Origin: Treponemataceae bacterium
GTDB lineage: Bacteria; Spirochaetota; Spirochaetia; Treponematales; Rectinemataceae
Length of the DNA stretch: 64,000 nt
Assembly: GCA_963678065.2 (NCBI GenBank)
Contig: CAXXVZ010000003.1
Coordinates: 480,001-544,000, forward strand
Direction of reading: 5' to 3'
Positions 61,747 through 64,000 of this stretch are shown here, in pieces. A model generated the notes under the pieces. The model was not told the DNA's origin, ran no database searches, and saw nothing but the letters and a program-made list of their open reading frames with translations. The position numbers were made by a program, and so were the translations under genes. The number at the start of each line of letters is the position of its first letter. Within the stretch, counting starts at the first letter, position 1.

Positions 61747-62315
61747 GAGCTCCCCGATTCAGATCCGGCGCTCCGCGAGAGATCTCCGTCGGTCTTCTGG
61801 CCATCCGCCTTTTCGACCACTTCGAAACCCATATCGATGGGAAAACTCTTGTTGTACAGGTCGAGTACGATCTTGGCCCTTCCCTTGCGCCGGTCCACTT
61901 TGATGATTTTACCTTCCTGGCCTTTGAGGGGCCCTTCTTTGACGACGATCCTGTCGTTTTCATCGAAAATGACTTTGGAGATGGAGCTCTTCCCGGCGAA
62001 ACGCGCAAAATGAAGGACAAGGTGTTTGTCGGCTTCGGTGAGGGGGGTCGGGGCCGTATTGTCCTTCAGGAAGCGGAAAAAGCCAGGAGTGGTGCGGATG
62101 GCCCGGTAGTCATTTCCCCCCGGTTCGAGGACTTCCGTTTCCAGAAATACATATCCGGGAAAGACGGGCGAGTTCTTAGCCTTCTTCTTTCCCAGCTTCT
62201 GAATGTACAGAGTCCTTTTAGGGATAATGAATTTTATGTCGGGACGGAGTATCCCGACATGGCGGACAAAGTCATCTTCGCCGGTGGTCAGCACCTGAAT
62301 CACGTAGTACAGCAT
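61743..62315 (-). CDS. loaP: NusG paralog, LoaP-type antiterminator
   Basis: YYVIQV.TGED, IPKR.L, FPGYVF, KOW V.EGPLKG.EG, KVDRRKGRAKI. Confidence 0.85.
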   Translation of the reverse strand: MLYYVIQVLTTGEDDFVRHVGILRPDIKFIIPKRTLYIQKLGKKKAKNSPVFPGYVFLETEVLEPGGNDYRAIRTTPGFFRFLKDNTAPTPLTEADKHLVLHFARFAGKSSISKVIFDENDRIVVKEGPLKGQEGKIIKVDRRKGRAKIVLDLYNKSFPIDMGFEVVEKADGQKTDGDLSRSAGSESGSS

Positions 62316-62434
62316 GGTTTTCTTTGTTATAGTATCATATTATCAGTGAAGTGGGGAGTGATTGAGGGAGAGCTGCGGGAGATTCGCTCCATGGATCAAG
62401 CCGTCGGCCGACGTTTCATGGTATACTCCCCGGC

Positions 62435-63289
62435 ATGGAGGATGACGTGGAGAAAAAGGTGCTTGTTCCCTTCCTTTTCATCTGTCTGGCCTTTCTTTCC
62501 GGCGCTTCGTCCTGGGAGGGAGTCGCCGAAGTGGGCACGGCCTCCATGTTTGTCAAAGACGGGCTCTACGCCGCGAGTTCTGTCTTCCCCGAAGGCAGAC
62601 AGGTCGATGTGACCGTCCTTTCCAGCGGGAAAACCCAGAGGGTTCTCATCGTCACCGACCTTTCGCCCGGAACATCGGAACATTTTCTCCTCCTCGCGCC
62701 GCAGGCAGTCGCGGCCCTCGATCTCAAGACCGGTGGAGAGCTCCGCGTTTCCGCAGGCCTTGTCGATGCCGGATTCACGGCTCCCGGCTACGCCGGCGGC
62801 ATGGCCGAGACTTCGGATCCCGACTACAACATGAAACTGCTCGCCATCCGCGAAAAAAATGGCGACTGGGTGGAAAGCGGAAAAGACGCGGGTTCAGGCT
62901 TCGTACCACCGCTCGCCGGTGGGGTCTTTCTCGTCGAGAAATCGGGCAGGCTCGCCTCGGCCGGACCCACGCCGGCTTCCGCGGCCCCAGGGAACCCACA
63001 GACCGCGGCGGCGAAAACTTCGATCGGTTCTTCTTCCTTCGTCGCCCCTCCTCCCTTGCAGGCGGACATGTACCTTCAGGTTGGTGCGTTTTCTACCGCC
63101 AACGCCATGAGCGCAGTAATGCGGCGATTTTCCCCTTTCTTTCCCATGGATGTGCGCTTGTCCACATACAGAGGGAAGCCCCTCTACAGGCTTCTCGTCG
63201 GCCCTCTCTCCTCATCCGACATGGCCACGGCCAAGGCGCGTGCCCGGGCCTCGGGCATCGGGGATGCCTTCGTGACCGACGGGAAATGA
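62435..63289 (+). CDS. SPOR-domain protein with RlpA-like N-terminal domain
   Basis: Signal peptide; YLQVGAFS..NA, YRLLVGP, DAFV; alternative start GTG 62447 with SD GGAGG. Confidence 0.82.
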   Translation: MEDDVEKKVLVPFLFICLAFLSGASSWEGVAEVGTASMFVKDGLYAASSVFPEGRQVDVTVLSSGKTQRVLIVTDLSPGTSEHFLLLAPQAVAALDLKTGGELRVSAGLVDAGFTAPGYAGGMAETSDPDYNMKLLAIREKNGDWVESGKDAGSGFVPPLAGGVFLVEKSGRLASAGPTPASAAPGNPQTAAAKTSIGSSSFVAPPPLQADMYLQVGAFSTANAMSAVMRRFSPFFPMDVRLSTYRGKPLYRLLVGPLSSSDMATAKARARASGIGDAFVTDGK

Positions 63290-63311
63290 TCCGAACCGAG
63301 TGAGAACCCTC

Positions 63312-64000
63312 ATGCCGAACGACACGCAATCCCGAAAGAGCGAGCTGGAACGGCTCATCGCGCGCCACCAGGATCTCTATTACAACGGCCAGCCCGAGCT
63401 TTCTGACGCTGAGTTCGATGAACTGTGGGACGAGCTGACCCGCCTCGATCCAGGGAATCTCCTTCTGAAGAAAGTGGGCTCCGATGCCACTGACGGATGG
63501 CCGAAGGCCCATCACATCATTCCGATGGGAAGTCAGAGCAAGGCATCGAGTCCCGAAGAGTTCCTCGCCTGGGCGGGAAAGACAGGACACACCGAATACA
63601 TCGTGCAATACAAGCTCGATGGAGCCAGCATGGAGCTGCAGTACGAAGTCGGTCTTCTGGTGCGTGCCGTGACTCGCGGCGACGGTCAGATCGGCGACGA
63701 CATCACTCCCAATGTCCGGAAAATGTCGGGCCTGCCGCTCCGCCTGCCCGAGCCTTTCACGGGTGGCGTGCGCGGCGAAGTCATCATGACTCACGCGATC
63801 CACAGCCTGAAATACTCCGACAAGGCCAACTGCCGGAACGCGGCCAACGGACTCATGAAACGCAAGGATGGCCAGGGCTCCGAAGATCTTGTCATAATCT
63901 GCTACGACGCAATGTATGCGGGCGCAATGGGGCAGGGCAGCACCGGGATGCAGGCTGCCGCCGCGGTTACCGATAGCCAAGTCGTCGAGGGCGCCTCCGT
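63312..64000 (+). CDS. ligA: NAD-dependent DNA ligase (3'-truncated by window edge)
   Basis: Hand translation: YYNGQPELSDAEFD, QYKLDG, TRGDG, VRGEV, RNAANG. Confidence 0.96.
   Translation, partial: MPNDTQSRKSELERLIARHQDLYYNGQPELSDAEFDELWDELTRLDPGNLLLKKVGSDATDGWPKAHHIIPMGSQSKASSPEEFLAWAGKTGHTEYIVQYKLDGASMELQYEVGLLVRAVTRGDGQIGDDITPNVRKMSGLPLRLPEPFTGGVRGEVIMTHAIHSLKYSDKANCRNAANGLMKRKDGQGSEDLVIICYDAMYAGAMGQGSTGMQAAAAVTDSQVVEGAS

Noticed and set aside
59680..62013. Long antisense ORFs (777 aa here; also 117-1544, 30060-31217, 36570-37772, 41594-42853, 47466-48557, 49673-51112, 51716-52942, 55165-56709)
   Set aside because: They lie opposite well-supported genes, have no recognisable motifs, and are expected from GC-rich codon bias

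Overview
A GC-rich stretch of core chromosome from a free-living-type spirochete (Treponema/Rectinema-like; inferred from the archaeal-type PheRS, the E-C-A-B-D-I-K V-ATPase operon and the 16S sequence). It holds about 50 apparently intact CDS, one complete rRNA operon (16S-tRNAIle-23S-5S) and three further tRNAs (Val, Arg, Pro). I found no transposase, integrase, prophage or CRISPR array. The best candidate for an undescribed system is a translationally coupled operon at 57.5-62.3 kb. There a LoaP-type NusG paralog heads a xanthine-dehydrogenase-like trio and an RsmI-like methyltransferase; the FAD and 2Fe-2S subunits look intact but the large subunit has lost most Moco-binding motifs. Several other full-length proteins have altered catalytic motifs (EF-G paralog, SpeE-like, DegT-like, M23-like, RlpA-like). 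Regulatory patterns read by eye include 18-bp spacers in all stable-RNA promoters, several probable leaderless genes and a possible attenuator before ispG. All calls come from reading motifs by eye; no database searches or folding programs were run.
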